In this document: positions 37,142-50,402 of the stretch, piece by piece
How the letters are laid out: the number at the start of each line of letters is the position of its first letter
How positions within the stretch are numbered: the stretch's first letter is position 1
NCBI GenBank assembly: GCA_002633005.1
Contig: NMRA01000670.1
Coordinates: 134,444-198,443, forward strand
DNA: 64,000 bases
Origin: Phoronis australis
Taxonomy: Eukaryota > Animalia > Phoronida
Direction: 5' to 3'
Notes under the pieces: model-generated
What the model was told of the DNA's origin: nothing
The model's database searches: none
The model's input: the letters and a program-made list of their open reading frames with translations, nothing else
Position numbers and translations under genes: made by a program

Positions 37142-38569
37142 TGATGATGTTTAATTTCATTGTGTTCATTCATTGTCATCCATCAAATCAGAAATTGCAG
37201 AGATGTGATCTGCAGCGTGCGCGTATGTATACAAAATTACAAAACACACGATCGTTATGTTCCTGAAGTGCGAACATTAAGAAACTTTAGCATGCCGTTA
37301 TTATTGACAGGGACAGGATAAAACCAATTTGGATTTTGACGATAGTCTTCATACAGCGAGCTGGCTGACTCTAGGTACAACTTCGTCAGAGCCTCCGTTA
37401 GACCCAGAAACTTCACACAACCCGGGTAGTTCACCTCGTCACATACATGTAGATCGAGTCTAGGACTATTAATGTTTTACTCCACGGTAGAGCTAACAAA
37501 TGTCGGCCTGTGCATACAAAACCTGTGAGTTAACCGGCACTCACCTTTAACGTTGCAGCCGTTTAAGTGAAAAACAATCTAATAAACGTCATTTTCTTCC
37601 ATAATGCTCCGCTTTTTATAACAAAAAGTCTGTTGTCGATGATCCGCACACGCTCGCTCACTCACGCTCATATGCAGACGAACTTCAAAACAAACGTCAT
37701 GTGACAACAACATGTGTGTTCATCCAGATTTTTCTCGTGTTGTGGGGTAGGCCTAGCTCAGATTTGGACTTAATCGTTATTAATTTGGACTCCACATGAA
37801 CTTAGAAAATTGTGAAACATAAGGAGGATTTCACATAATTTGTTGAGTCGAAACTGAATTTTTATTCAAGAATTCAAGTTTTCCAATCGACGATCGCGAT
37901 ATCCGTCATTAAGTTTTCACCCTGGGATTTCAGCACAATTTTTTGAAAAATGATTGTGATTTAACAACGAAGTTTGACAGCAATGCACCACAATTTTGTT
38001 GAAAGACTGTCATAGGCTACAAATACATCACAGAGCGTAAATTTGATGCATCCTAGCTTCCGATTTTACCCGTTTCAGAAACCGGGTTTCAACTGCCAAG
38101 GGTTACAATAAGCATCCCCTCCCCGTGAAATGAATTTTTCTAAGCAGATCAGTTGCGGGCCCTTGTCCGGCAAAATAATTTGTGTCAAAATTTATTCACC
38201 ACATTTTGTCAGCAATTTCGATACAATTGTCTGTATTTTGATTTTATTAATGTTAATGCGCGCTGTCGATTATTTTATCCCCGTTAACAGGCTGGTAACA
38301 GACATTGCTCCAGTCGCGCAGACGGTGTGTACCAAGCCTGGGTTCCTGAATGAATTGTATTTCCGGGTTCATAGTAAGTTCAAAATGGCGGTGTGCTCTT
38401 CGGGTTTGAATCTTGAGTGGCGCTTTTACTTAAACTTTATTCGATTACGGATTGTGTATTAGTTAAGGGGTAGGTACTTCTTGGATCCTTATAACATCCT
38501 CTAACCATGTAATAAGGTCTAACAACGTGAGCTTCTTGGACTTTAAGCACAGAGGAGTATGTTGTGTAC

Positions 38570-39150
38570 GCTAGCGCCATCTAGTGTAAATGTGTTATGC
38601 TAGTTTAGTAATAAAGCTATTCTGGGACCACACAACAAAATCCATCTGCCAAATTTCGCAAAGATCTTTCAAAGGGTTAAGGAGATAGAGCTGTACAGAC
38701 AAACAAAATGCTCCTAATGGGTGCCAGAACAGCCAAAAATATCCAAAATCAATGTCAGCCGGGGTCTTTGCATCTGTCTGAAAAAGGGAAGACCTTGTCG
38801 TCTCATTAATAGAAACCTATTTGCCGAATTTCATCAAAATACAAGAAGGAACTGCAAAGTTCTTCAAAGGGAGATTCAGCCACAGACACAAAAAATCGCC
38901 ACTAAGGTTTAACACAGTAGTCGGACACGTTCGAAAGTCAACGTCAGTCGTGGCCTTCTCACCAGGAACACAGTTATAAATATTTATAATGATCCTTTGA
39001 GCGATATGTCAGTTAAGAGTTGAATGCCAGTAAACGAACACAAAAATAACAACCAAGGTGGCGTAATATCCATCGAATTAGTCCAAAAATGGAATGACAT
39101 CATCCTCTCTTCATTAAAAACTTATTTAATAAATTCTTGAAAATTCATGG
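38570..39150 (+). repeat. Diverged copy of the same ~150-bp core family
   Basis: Recurring ccaaatttc...gatcc...ggagata.agc...ccacta pattern. Confidence 0.6.
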
Positions 39151-40436
39151 AGGAGCTCCATCATACAGAGAACATCTATTATATAAAATGCATCGTTTGC
39201 ACAAACTCAGTCTCCCCTGCTCCACTACAGACCTTCGTTGCGCCCATTTCGGCACCTCCTTGGTCCCAGGTATTGCACCAGCCCCCCATTTGGATTTGAG
39301 GTGTTCTATTTTTTCACGCGGGCCATTTTTTTCGCGAACACATAGGGAGGGTGGCCAGTTTTGTACTGGCCTTAGTGACGTCAGTTCGTCGGCTCAATGG
39401 CCTGGGTGACGTCACTCCGTCGGCTTAATTTCACTCCGGCTTCTGTCACATATACAATTCATCCGGCCTGTCGCTGCCAAAATTAATGATGCCTCATTAA
39501 AAAATCCTTACTCTTCCTTGAGTAAACTAAATTATTTACCATGGTGTTGGAAAATTGAGGTTCTTCAGTGATTCTGCTGGTAAAATTGCAATGGGCTCTT
39601 TGGGCGCCATTGCATCACCTGTTGGCCAATTTCCATGTTATTCAATCAAATGTGAGGCTGCGTACATGTCATAACAATTGCAAGTGGTTTCATTTCATTA
39701 CTATTTTAAAATCAGAAAACCCAATTTCAGAAAACACTCTCGAGAGATATCGCAAAATTTTCTGAAATGGCGCAAACGTGCGGGTGCCAGAAGTATCCAC
39801 TGTTTTCAAAACGACCAGACAGATTTCCTTTGTTACAAAAGGCGGAGAATTACAAAAAAATAACGTTTACGGCTGTAACGGACAAGGTGAATGTCGGTTC
39901 ATTCCCAGATTCTACATGCACCCCTGTAGGTTTTTAGCTCTAAGTTACACGGCAAGGTGACAAGCTGAGCACCGGGGTTCGGTGAAAATTTGGTGTCTAA
40001 CAGAGCTCTACACACAGCTACCTAGCTGTGTTGACGATAGTCTTCATACAGCTTGCTGGCTTTCTACCTCAGTAAGTACATTTTTATGCAAGTTTTGTAA
40101 ATACATCTATATACTTTGTGTACTATACAGTATTTTAAATGCTTTCTTAGTTTTCACTTTAAAGAACATCTGATTACTGTACTTTGTGTTACGGCAGGGT
40201 CAAATATTCTGGAAAGAAATTTGTACTGCCTGGGAAAAGAATCCCGCAGCCGCACACCTTGCCTACTAAAATTTGAAAGTGACTGAAATTCTGCTTGAAG
40301 CTTTGAACACGGCCTTTTCAAGAAGTATTCCTGTCTCTTGCGATGAACGCTGATATCACTCTTAGTCTAAGTATCTATTTCTCTCTGCGATTCGCAATAG
40401 CTGCTACCCGTACTTTTGCACGGAAACGGCTATTAA

Positions 40437-41032
40437 AAAGCCACTAGGGGGGCACACCAATCATTGGATTGGTCTGAAACTTGGCATCACCAGTAATGTC
40501 AGCTCCATAGAAACACATCTGCCAAATATCACTAAGTTCTTGCAAAGGCTTAAGGATAAACAGCCAGGACACAAAAACAAAATCCCTACTAAAGGGTGCC
40601 AGAGTAGGGTAAACCATGCGAAAATCAATGACAGGCGCGGTCTATTCATTAGGAACTCACCTGCCAATTTTCATAATTCTTTAAGTGGTTTGGCAGGAGT
40701 GGTGGATGACAAAAAACAGTCAAAAATTTTAAAAATTGCCACTAAGGTGGTGCAAGCCATCCGAAAATGGAAAAATGTAGAAATTTATTTGTTACATTAC
40801 TTAAAAATTCATCGTAGAATTACAAAGATATGGAGGAAATCTCAAACACATAAAACTGCCACTAGGGAGAACAGCGGTAAGTTGGATCGGTGGTAAATTC
40901 ATTGTCATCTCTCGTCGGCTTCATAGGAACACTTCCGCAAAATCTCAAGATCCTGTGAGGGGTTTAGGAGATACAGCTGCAGACGATGGACGCCCAGACA
41001 GAGATGACTGCAATTAATGCACCCACATAAAA
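40437..41032 (+). repeat. Diverged HINE copy of the same family
   Basis: ccactaggggggcacacc cores and a cagacagagatgac...aatgcacccacat end; another remnant near 42080..42415. Confidence 0.65.
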
Positions 41033-41359
41033 ATCTTGTACTTTTTCAGGGTTCAGCATAATGTGATCAGTCACCACTAATGGTGTTGATTGGATGGAAA
41101 AAATATATCCACACAAAGATGTTCGGGTCGAAGATTGGATAGTTTTCACAAATTTGACATTTTTGAGTTTTGTTTCATCTTTTTGATTGAAATGGTAATT
41201 GAGAAATAAAAACTGCTTATTTTTCAAAAAAGTCCTATCTTAAGTCTCTTTTGAGGCACTCTGTATTCTCCATGTTTCCCAGTCAACTGTTAACCAATGA
41301 TTGACAGGAGCATCCAATCTTAAACCACATTAATTCCTTGAGATAAACCAGTTACAATG

Positions 41360-41995
41360 TCCTCAGGGTGTTAAAACGAAACAGAAACCCCTGGCCAGTG
41401 TTAAACAGATATCCTGGGGTAGAAAACAAACTCCTGCACCTTCAAAACAGCTAACCAGCCCTGACCTTTGAAATGGGAATCCTGGGGATCGAACACGAAA
41501 CCTCTGGGCCGAGACACCACTCCCACACTTTCTGTCAAACATTGTTTATGAAGTAGGTGTAGCAGTTGTAATATGTTTGGAAGGAACGTGACGGGATGTC
41601 TGTGAAAATGATGCTCTTTGTGCCATTTTTTGTTGCCAGTAGAGTTCTTGCAGTTCAAACTAGGTCAAATGAAGAGCTAAGTTATGTTCTGTACATTGAA
41701 ACAAGACAAAATGTAGTAATCGTTTTTTGTTAAAAATTTGTCAAATGAATTACTGGAAATTGAAATTCCATTAGTCTTGAAGTCATCTAGTGTTTATTTT
41801 TTGTACCCACTTCAAGGGTTTCAGAAGAATTGAAAAATTCTCTGGCTTTCCTCTAGGATCCCTGGGATACCTGTTTCAAAGGTCAGGGTTGGTGTTTTTA
41901 GGGATAGTTAGCTGGTTTGAAGGTGCAGGAGTCTGTTTTCGTCTCCGGGATACCCTGTTTTACGCTGCAGTTCCTGTTTCGATGGAACACACTGG
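41360..41995. mobile_element. Foldback MITE
   Basis: aaaacaaactcctgcaccttcaaaacagctaac...ccctgacctttgaaa mirrored by tttcaaaggtcaggg...gttagctggtttgaaggtgcaggagtctgtttt. Confidence 0.7.
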
Positions 41996-42431
41996 TATTG
42001 TTGTCATGATTTATTACCAATTAATAGCACATGCAGAATTTCTAATTTGATGGATGTTGACTGCCCACTCGAAGCAAATATAACAACGCAGATCGTTGAA
42101 ATGCGCCCACGAATGCACTGCAAACGGCGTGCTCCTAGACTTGTTTGTTTGTATCATAAGTGACCGCTAGATGGCGCAAAAAGTCCAATCCATCTGCAAA
42201 TGGAACATGCCATCACTTCTTCAATAGAAAGCTATTTACTAAATTTTATAAACATCTGACTAAAATTGCCAATAGGGGGCACACCTGTAGTCAGAGTGGT
42301 CTGAAATTTGTCATCATTCGTCGTCAGCTTAATAGGAACACATCTGCCAAACATCTTGTCAGGGCTTTAGGAGACACAATTGCAGATGCCAGACGCCCAG
42401 ACAGAGATGAAAGCAATATAAAAATTATTAA

Positions 42432-43151
42432 AGGCCCATTCATACAGCCAATCACGCATGAATCACTCATACAACACGCACAAATTGAATTTGTGCGTGT
42501 TTTGATCGTCGAGAAATTGACCAAATTTTCCGGGTGTAGGGGTTAGAAATCACTGACAAATAACTGACGAATCACCTATGGCCCATGCACATATCACTTA
42601 CAATCACTGATGAATCACTGACATATCGCGCATATCGACGCATACAAGCCAAAATGATATGGTATTCCACGAACCTTCGACGCATGCCTCACGCGTGAAT
42701 CACTGACGGATCACGTTCAAACACTTTTGTAAGTGATTGTCAGTGGATGTCAGTGGAATGAATGTCATATATGCGTATTTCATGCGTGATATGAAGGTGG
42801 GGCGTCAGTGGACGGACGTGGACGTGCGTGATTTCGAACCAGTTCTGACGCATAAGCACTGATGGCAAACGCGTGTCCAGCGCATAATCACGCATACTCG
42901 ACGCATAAACTACGCACGTCAACTCACGAATTACGCACACCGACGCAGAGTTGTGCGTTGGAAAATTGTTGAACCGTTCAAAACTCAAAATCGTGCACAA
43001 ACCCTCCTTGACGCACATCCACTTACATTCACTGATGCTCCACGTTGGTTCCACCGACCAATTATGAATACAACGCAAGCTTCACGCATAAGCGAAAATC
43101 TGTGCGTGATTCATGAGTAATTCATGCGTAATCGGCTGTATGACAGGGCCT
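42432..43151. mobile_element. PIF/Harbinger MITE
   Basis: TIR AGGCCC..TCATACAGCC.AT.ACGCATGAAT.ACTCAT with TAA duplicated at 42429..42431 and 43152..43154. Confidence 0.85.
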
Positions 43152-43528
43152 TAATAAAACAAAAGAAAAAATTGTGGACTGACGACAGGTTGGCAAGTTC
43201 ATAGGCAAAGCTAACCCAACTTGTAGCAGGACTAAGGCTCAAAATGGCAAGATGATACCTTGTTGATACCACTGTTACCTTGGATAATTTGCCAACATTT
43301 TTTGAATCACCTAATCAGTTTCAAAACAATTACCACACCAGTGTATCTGCTGAATATGACCATTCATTCATAGTTTTACTATACATGCATGAAAGGTGAC
43401 ATCTGCATTTTTATTAGCTTAGAAAACATTTACTCTTGAATCTTTCGGATTTCATGTTCCATATCAACTAAAGCAAAAAATTCATCTGACCTTCAGGCCA
43501 TGGTCCCTCATATCAAGGAACTAACGAA

Positions 43529-43665
43529 TCATTCACATGTTGTGCAGCCAAATATGACAAACAAAATGTAAGCAGCCATCAAACAACTGATCAGTTCTGA
43601 ACTTGAGCCACCAAAGTTCAGTTTCCCGTCAGATTGTATTCGGGTGCCCGGATTTTTTGTTTCAT
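43529..43665 (-). CDS. Candidate terminal exon of SH3BP5 with a hydrophobic tail
   Basis: Weak acceptor catctcttgcaag; phase 1 matches the donor at 44381; gives DETKNPG...ELISCLMAAYILFVIFGCTTCE*. Confidence 0.3.
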
Positions 43666-44294
43666 CTTGCAAGAGATGTATGAACTTAAAGTTAACAGAA
43701 ATGCTGCCATTTCTGTCATGAAAATTTTGTCCACAAAATTTTGTCCACAAATTTTTTTTTTGATGTTTCAAAGGTTGTTAAGTTTTGATTACCAATAAAA
43801 ACTAAAAATGGTTACAAAAAGTGCATGTAAAGTGAAATCTTCTTTGATTGAAAGAAGAGTGAAGTATACAAAATGTAAAACCTATCTTTAGGCCTTAATA
43901 TATAATACTAGGAATTATGCAATTCAAGGACCATGGAGTTAATCACAAATCAACTCTGCGATTTTTTACATGAAATCAAGGAACAATCAAAATATATTAC
44001 GATTCATGAAATCAATGTAGTACTTTCAAATGTCGATGTTCAAATAAATGTTTCACTAGTTGCATTCAACCTACAGCTCTCTCAGTGTCCATGTAGAGAT
44101 ATTCATCTGACTTCATGTTCTATTTTACGGTGAAAAGTACCTTCTACAAAGCTATTGTTTTCCTGGAAAATGTGGTCCTACCATGCTTTATATTTGAAAA
44201 ATTTGACCACATTGTGGCCACATAACTAACTTACATTTGCTTGCATTTTGCTGCAAAATCATGATACTTCCTGATACATGATCCTAAACAAATA

Positions 44295-44324
44295 ATGCGT
44301 CCACATATAAATATGTGGGCGCAT
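44295..44324 (+). repeat. Isolated HINE 3' hairpin
   Basis: ATGCGTCCACATAT-AA-ATATGTGGGCGCAT, nearly identical to 37107..37136 and, inverted, to 61312..61341. Confidence 0.85.
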
Positions 44325-44381
44325 AATAAAAGGAAACAATTCTTACTGCCGGGCAATCGCCCTGAAACACGCTCAACTCAC

Positions 44382-44577
44382 CAAAATCAATCTCGGATGG
44401 GGGTAAATCACTTTCAGCACCTACACCAGGTTCTCGCGGCGACAGTAGCAAGATCCGACTTTTGCGGCGTGTGTGAATGTCCTCAGAGATTTGCTCCAGG
44501 TTCTTAAGTGCCTCAGAGTATGCCACGTGTGAACTCTTCACTGTCTTTTGCAAGTCTTCAACATTCTGCTTCTGTTG
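44382..44577 (-). CDS. SH3BP5: Internal exon of SH3 domain-binding protein 5 (Sab/parcas, Rab11 GEF family)
   Basis: QQKQNVEDLQKTV...YSEALKNLEQISEDIHTRR...PREPGVGAE matches the end of the SH3BP5 coiled coil; ttcctgtcctcag acceptor, gtgagt donor, phase 0 to 1. Confidence 0.9.
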
Positions 44578-47019
44578 CTGAGGACAGGAAACCAATTAAG
44601 TCTAATTAAAGTCATAGTTTCTACAAAAAAGGTTAATAGTTACACTACCAATTCACTTACAGCTAAAATTTGAAATTGAGAAATAAGGAAATCGAACTTA
44701 TCAAATTGGACAGAAAAAATTCTCCTTGCTCCAATATCACTAGATTCAAAATTCTGTTAAAATTGAGAGATAAGCTGGGACACAGGCAGACGAATCAAAT
44801 TTTATTTTCTCATTTTCTCTTAAAAAGTCTTAAAATGCCTCCCCATGTTCAAGATCTAAACCAAAGCCACCAGCAGAAAATATTTTGAAAAAACTTTAGA
44901 TAACCTTGAAAAATAGAAAGAGAGGAAATTGGAATTAATTTTTAATTGGCACCTGTAACCTGGGACTGAATTGAGGTCAATTTTTCCAGAATGGATGGGG
45001 AGCCATGTTTTCAGTAATGTTTTGTTTTGCTCATAAATGCTCTTAGTATTCTTCATATCTGTCAAACAAAAATCTTACCAAAGTAAGGAAAAACTGGAAA
45101 TAGAGCTTTGCCTTGATGGTTCACAATAGCATCAAAAGTATTGAAGCTTACCACCAAGAAGATGACTCAAGTTAACGAGTATAGGTAATGGTTCACTTAT
45201 TTACCATGTTCACTTCATTTTTCTCACCCAAAATTATTTGTAAAAAATAAGATATCCCTCACTTATATCTTGTCTCACACAATTCAAACAGTCAGTTTTG
45301 CACTACACTGCTGAAAGTAACAATGTGAAGCAGTCATTAATTCTAGTAATACACATCTCTAACTGAGCGTGTTAATAACTTCTGTACAAACTTATTATTT
45401 TTAAGAGTTATTGTTTTCCGTATTGCACTCGCAGAACTACTTGAATGCCGTCTGACATGAAAAGTTCAAAAGGAAGTACAATGCATGGGCAGTGCATCAC
45501 TTATTTCAATGCTGTGCTGTGCATGGTCACATAGGCATTACACCATAGGGATCTGGGGGGGGGCGAATAGCCCTCGCACTTATTTCAGTGCTGTGCCCCC
45601 ATGCAATGTCGACTTGACGTCGTTATCCGTTCGATCATCAAACTCTCCCAAAACTGCAGCAATATAAATAACACTCAACATACACTCGGGTCCCAAACGT
45701 AACATCTTCTACAAAACATCACTTCTGTCTCAGTTTTATTTACTAAATATTATATCATCAGCAACTCAGGCACCAATTCCTCGATAACCGCAATGTTGAA
45801 TATTGTTGTTATTCAATTATTTTCAGGTAATGGTACCATTGTTTCTATCTTTGTGATCTCTCTTCCAGTAATAAATCATGAGATCCACGATTTGAGTAAG
45901 GGGGTTTAGGATTCGCGCGAATTTGAGGCGCATAATGCCGAGCGGGGGAGGTCGGGAGAGGGTTTGCCCCCCTCATATAAGAATTCTTTTGGCTTTTGTA
46001 GCTGATTTTCTTTTCCTGGTGAGTCTTTTTTTAATTTTTATTTTTGATCCTATCCTGGAGGATTGCATCCTTGAACCCCCCCCCCCNCCCCCCGCTGCAG
46101 AATGTCTCATGTGACATTACTTCAGCTACGCCACTCTCGGTACATTTTGCCTTAATCACCATTACAGTTAATTCATTCATTTGGGACATCTCAATCATGC
46201 TGTTGTAAATGTATGTTGAAAGGGTTGACCTGGATGAATGTCCTGCCAGTAACAGTCATATCCTCAAAAGAATGTTTCACCAACAATGAATAAGGCTACC
46301 TACTTTCATACTTTCATACTGGAACAGCAAAAAGAAACTTTAGTTAGTTACTGTTAATTGGATCACGTTGGGAACCTGTAAGCCACATTTCATTAAATTC
46401 ACATATCAGGCTGTTGGTGATGCTTGGTTATTCAGTTTGAGATTCAGTTTATTTGGCACATCCTGACTATTAGGAAAATAAATTTAATTTGAGCCAAATT
46501 AGAGGTGAATTACCTTGAAGCAATGTATACATGAGCTGTGTTGGTCATCTTTCAAAACAACATTAAAACATCAGCCTATGGTAGACTAATTGTAGCTAAT
46601 ACACAATTTATGTACCAGATTAACGGCAAATAACATGTGTCTTGGGTTCGCGATTCACTACAAACATAATAATCAGACCAATGACAGATGTTAAATCACA
46701 TATTGTACGTATCTCAACGATACAGCCACACTTCACAAACTCCGCTAAAAGACTACCTCAAAACCACGTGGTTTCCAGAGAACCCACATGGGCATTTGCC
46801 TATCCATGACTACGCCACCAAATTCCTTAATGTAGACGCCACAATGGATATCAGAATATGAATGACTCGCGTTAACGGGTGACAGCCCATCCTGGCACAC
46901 ATTTCACCCTACAGGAAAATTGCATCCCAACATTACAAGGTAAACTGCACTTTTGTCTAAGTATCGACTAAACACAAGGTGGCACTGAACAGTTTACACT
47001 CCCAAAATCTTAAAATCTA

Positions 47020-47600
47020 GGGGTAGGCCAGGTTTGGGGGCATTTTTAGTTAGGTATTGTATGTAGGCCAAGTAAATGTGGTTTGTTTGTATTTGTGAAC
47101 ATGCTGTGAATGAAGAAAGGCCACTTTCTCGGCTGTAGCAGCACTCTTTTTCAAGATGGTGGCCCCCTGTTGCAATTGTGCATTGCTGTGTAGCTGAACT
47201 GAGAAATTGGCCGTGATTTCAAGTAGCCCCCATACAAGCCAGATTTGTAAAAAAACTAGTTTGACCACATTTTTGGAATTGGTAGGAAATTTGCTTTCAG
47301 AATCTAATGTTGGCTTAAGTCGAGCATCAGCAGGGAAGTGGTGGTTTTTGGGTGAAAAGTGTCGATTTTGCATTTTTGCCCTTATTTTCTTAGTCTAGCT
47401 TGGTTTTCAATGGTAGAGAAAGGGTTAAAAATATAAAAGAGAATAAAGTTTCTGTGCTCATCTGTAGGGCTTGTGATGTGAAATGACTCAAAACTTTTCT
47501 TTATTAGCACACAGTTTTTGACAGATTGAGGAATTTAGGGTGAAGAGTCCATTGACGCGTGTTCTGATAGGCAAACCCCTGTGAGAACTGCTCTGTGCCT
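47020..47600 (+). repeat. Interspersed repeat, uninterrupted copy
   Basis: Matches 48580..48852 followed by 57169..57470. Confidence 0.85.
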
Positions 47601-47744
47601 CCTTAAAAAGAAATGGTCAAATTTCAACTTTCAAATATTTCCAAGTTTTGGCACTATTTCTTCTCTATGTCACTAATCAAAGTCTTGACAGTAGTTTCTG
47701 CTGATTTTTTTACATTATTTGTAAAAACAACCTAATCTTTATCC

Positions 47745-47897
47745 TAGCTAGCCCAAACCACCCTAGCCCTAACCAAAACCCTAACCGTAAGAGCCTAAGC
47801 CTGATGCCAGAACCCTAACCCTAACCCTGGAACTCTTACCCTAACCCTGTAACCCTCATCCCGTAATCCTAACTCTGTAAGCCTAACCTTAACCCCA
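47745..47897 (+). repeat. Degenerate interstitial telomeric-like (CCCTAA)n tract
   Basis: Several exact CCCTAA/ACCCTAACC units among variants. Confidence 0.75.
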
Positions 47898-48133
47898 GGT
47901 GCATGTTTACGGTGACATTCCTTACCGCCGTCCAGTCGTTTGGTCTCACAGTATCTCTTTTAGTGCTTGGCCTGAACTTGTAAGAAAGTGTTGAACCAGT
48001 GCTATTGCCATCAGCGAGGTAAGTGACCCCCTTAGCTTCAAAATGTGGTAGACGCACATCAATGCAACTGTTTATTGTGCCATCTGGCTGTCTTGGTCTA
48101 CTGGAGGGGTAGCGGTCATTGTTGAATGAAGTA

Positions 48134-48290
48134 CCGTATTCGCCGTAATAACCGCCCAGGGCGCTTAGAAAGTTCATTTCAGGGGGGGGGCGCTTATTAT
48201 AACCCAAGGCCGTTGAAACCCGGTCTCCGACAGGGAGAAATCGGAAGCTAAGATTCATCATATTTACACTCTGTGACATATCTATAATCT
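48134..48290 (+). mobile_element. pogo/Tigger-like MITE end fragment
   Basis: TA|CCGTATTCGCCGTAATAACCGCCC; related fragments near 59700..59820 and 31972..32047. Confidence 0.75.
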
Positions 48291-50339
48291 ATGAAAGACT
48301 TTCTACAAAACCGTGGTGCATTGCTACCATACTTTGTTGCTAAATTACCACCATTTTACAGAAAATTGTGCTGAAATCCCAGGGCGAAAACTCGCCGACT
48401 GCCTGCCTCGCAATCGTCGATATGGCGAATTGAATTCTTGAATAAAAATACAGTTTCGACTCGAGCAGTCGTGCAAGACAGGCTACAGGGGTTAACTTCC
48501 CAAATTGTTGTTGGGCTATAGAATTGAACAAGTTGGGAGCAACGGGGAAAAGCCGTAATGTAATATTAAAATCTACAGGTAGACCAGGCTTGGGGCATTT
48601 TTTAGTTAGGTATTGTATGTAGGCCAAGTGAATGTGGTTTATTTGTATTTGTGAACGTGCTGAGAATGAAAAAACGCCACTTTCTCGGCTGTAGCTGCAC
48701 TCTTCTTCAAGATGGTGGATGGTGGCCCCCTGTTGCAATTGTGGATTGTTGTGTAGCAACTGAGAAATTGGCTGCGATTTCAGGTAGCCCTCATACAAGC
48801 CAGATTTGTAAAAAAACTAGTTGGTTGACAGTACTTTTGGACCACATTTTTGCATGACGAACCCTTTCCAGATGAAAATTGACCGTCGGACGGCCTTCGT
48901 CCGACGGTTGGAGTTTGCTAATGCGAACACAATAGCCCATTGAATTCCGTCCAGCTGCCTGGGCTGCTTGGTCATGTACGTAATCCTTTAATGACACCTC
49001 ATTATGCCATAAAACTACGTGCCTGTCGACTATTAGCAAAAAAATAAAGTTTATTATAAAAATCTACCTGCCTAACCGAATTCCTCGCGAAAATCTAAGC
49101 ATTTTAGAACTTTGAATTTTCTTTCTAGGCTAGAAAATAAAGTTTTTATTAATATAAAAATTTACCACCTTGTGTACGAGCAGAGCGCAAGAATTTACAA
49201 AGGGTATATTGTGATTCGCCGCCATGAGGCATCTTATAATTTCCTACCAAAAGGCCAAAATGTACCACAATCAATTTGTTTCAATAAAACTCAAGTTTCA
49301 GTATATAAAATATTACACAATAAGAATTATTTTGTTAAAACGAATAGCAATTGGGAACTTGTTTTTAAGCGTAGGTATACAGTCGTCATTTTCCGAAGTA
49401 AACAATCCCACGTGCTTCAGTCGAACTTCCAGTGATGTTTGAGTAGGCCTACGTAGTTTGCGATTGCAGATTTTTTTCAAAGTAGGCGAAAAGTGCCAAG
49501 CTGTGGATAAGAGTGGCAACAGGGCAGACGCCGACCGTGCATGGATGAGCGTGTAAGCACTAATCTGTTTCGTTAAGTTTCCCAACTAGCCTGGACACGG
49601 AAACTCGAAAGAGACGTGGACTCGACTTCGACATGGTCAACTACCCAAAGCTCAAGCGCTTAGGGAATAGAGGTAAGTACTAAGGTACACAGTGACAGAG
49701 GATCAGAGAATGGTGCACGTCATTTTAACGTATTACTTCTTGCGCGTTAGGTCTACTATTTTTGTTATGTGAATTTATTACAGCCTTCAGGCCTTCCCCG
49801 TATCAATTGTTTCTCGCAAACCTGCTCCCATGTAAATACCTGTAGGCCTACCGTGGCCCTAGACAACACGTAGCCCCTCCGCTGGCTAACTTAAAAAAGC
49901 GCTTAGTTTCTTCAGCGATCATTTCTGGTTCTGTACATATCTTCCATGTAGCATGTTTGTTGAAGTAAGATGATTATGGCGAAGAATTCGAATTCCACTT
50001 TTTAGTAGCCGTTAATTTCTTCATCGCGCGCGACAACCACAAACTATTTCAATTGAGTTAGGCAAGGACAAGCGCGAGACTTAGAGAGCGCGTGACCTCG
50101 CGTGTGACACTTGCAAAATAGCATGGCAGATATTAGTTTTTTTTAGATTCCTGTCCCATGGACTGTGTTCATTTACAGGCGTGATTTTACATAACTTCCT
50201 CGGCATTCACGGCGATGTAATTTACCTTACCTAACCCGTAATGACTGATTTTTTGAGAGTTCGATTTTAAGCTGAATTGTTGCGGAAATTTTTGTGAGGG
50301 TCGGGTGTTTGTGTGATTACGCGGAATAGATTTTTATTT

Positions 50340-50402
50340 GGCAATGACCATCACCTCTGCTGACCCAACCAGGTTGGGCCAGCAGAGGCGATGGTCATTG
50401 CC
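50340..50402. repeat. 63-bp near-perfect palindrome
   Basis: 31-bp arms with 2 mismatches around a single A. Confidence 0.95.

Noticed and set aside
45827-45900. Phase-1 hydrophobic exon as the missing TM exon of the lectin-mucin gene
   Set aside because: Only about 13 hydrophobic residues, no good donor, embedded in MITE-like sequence, and it would require overlap with SH3BP5
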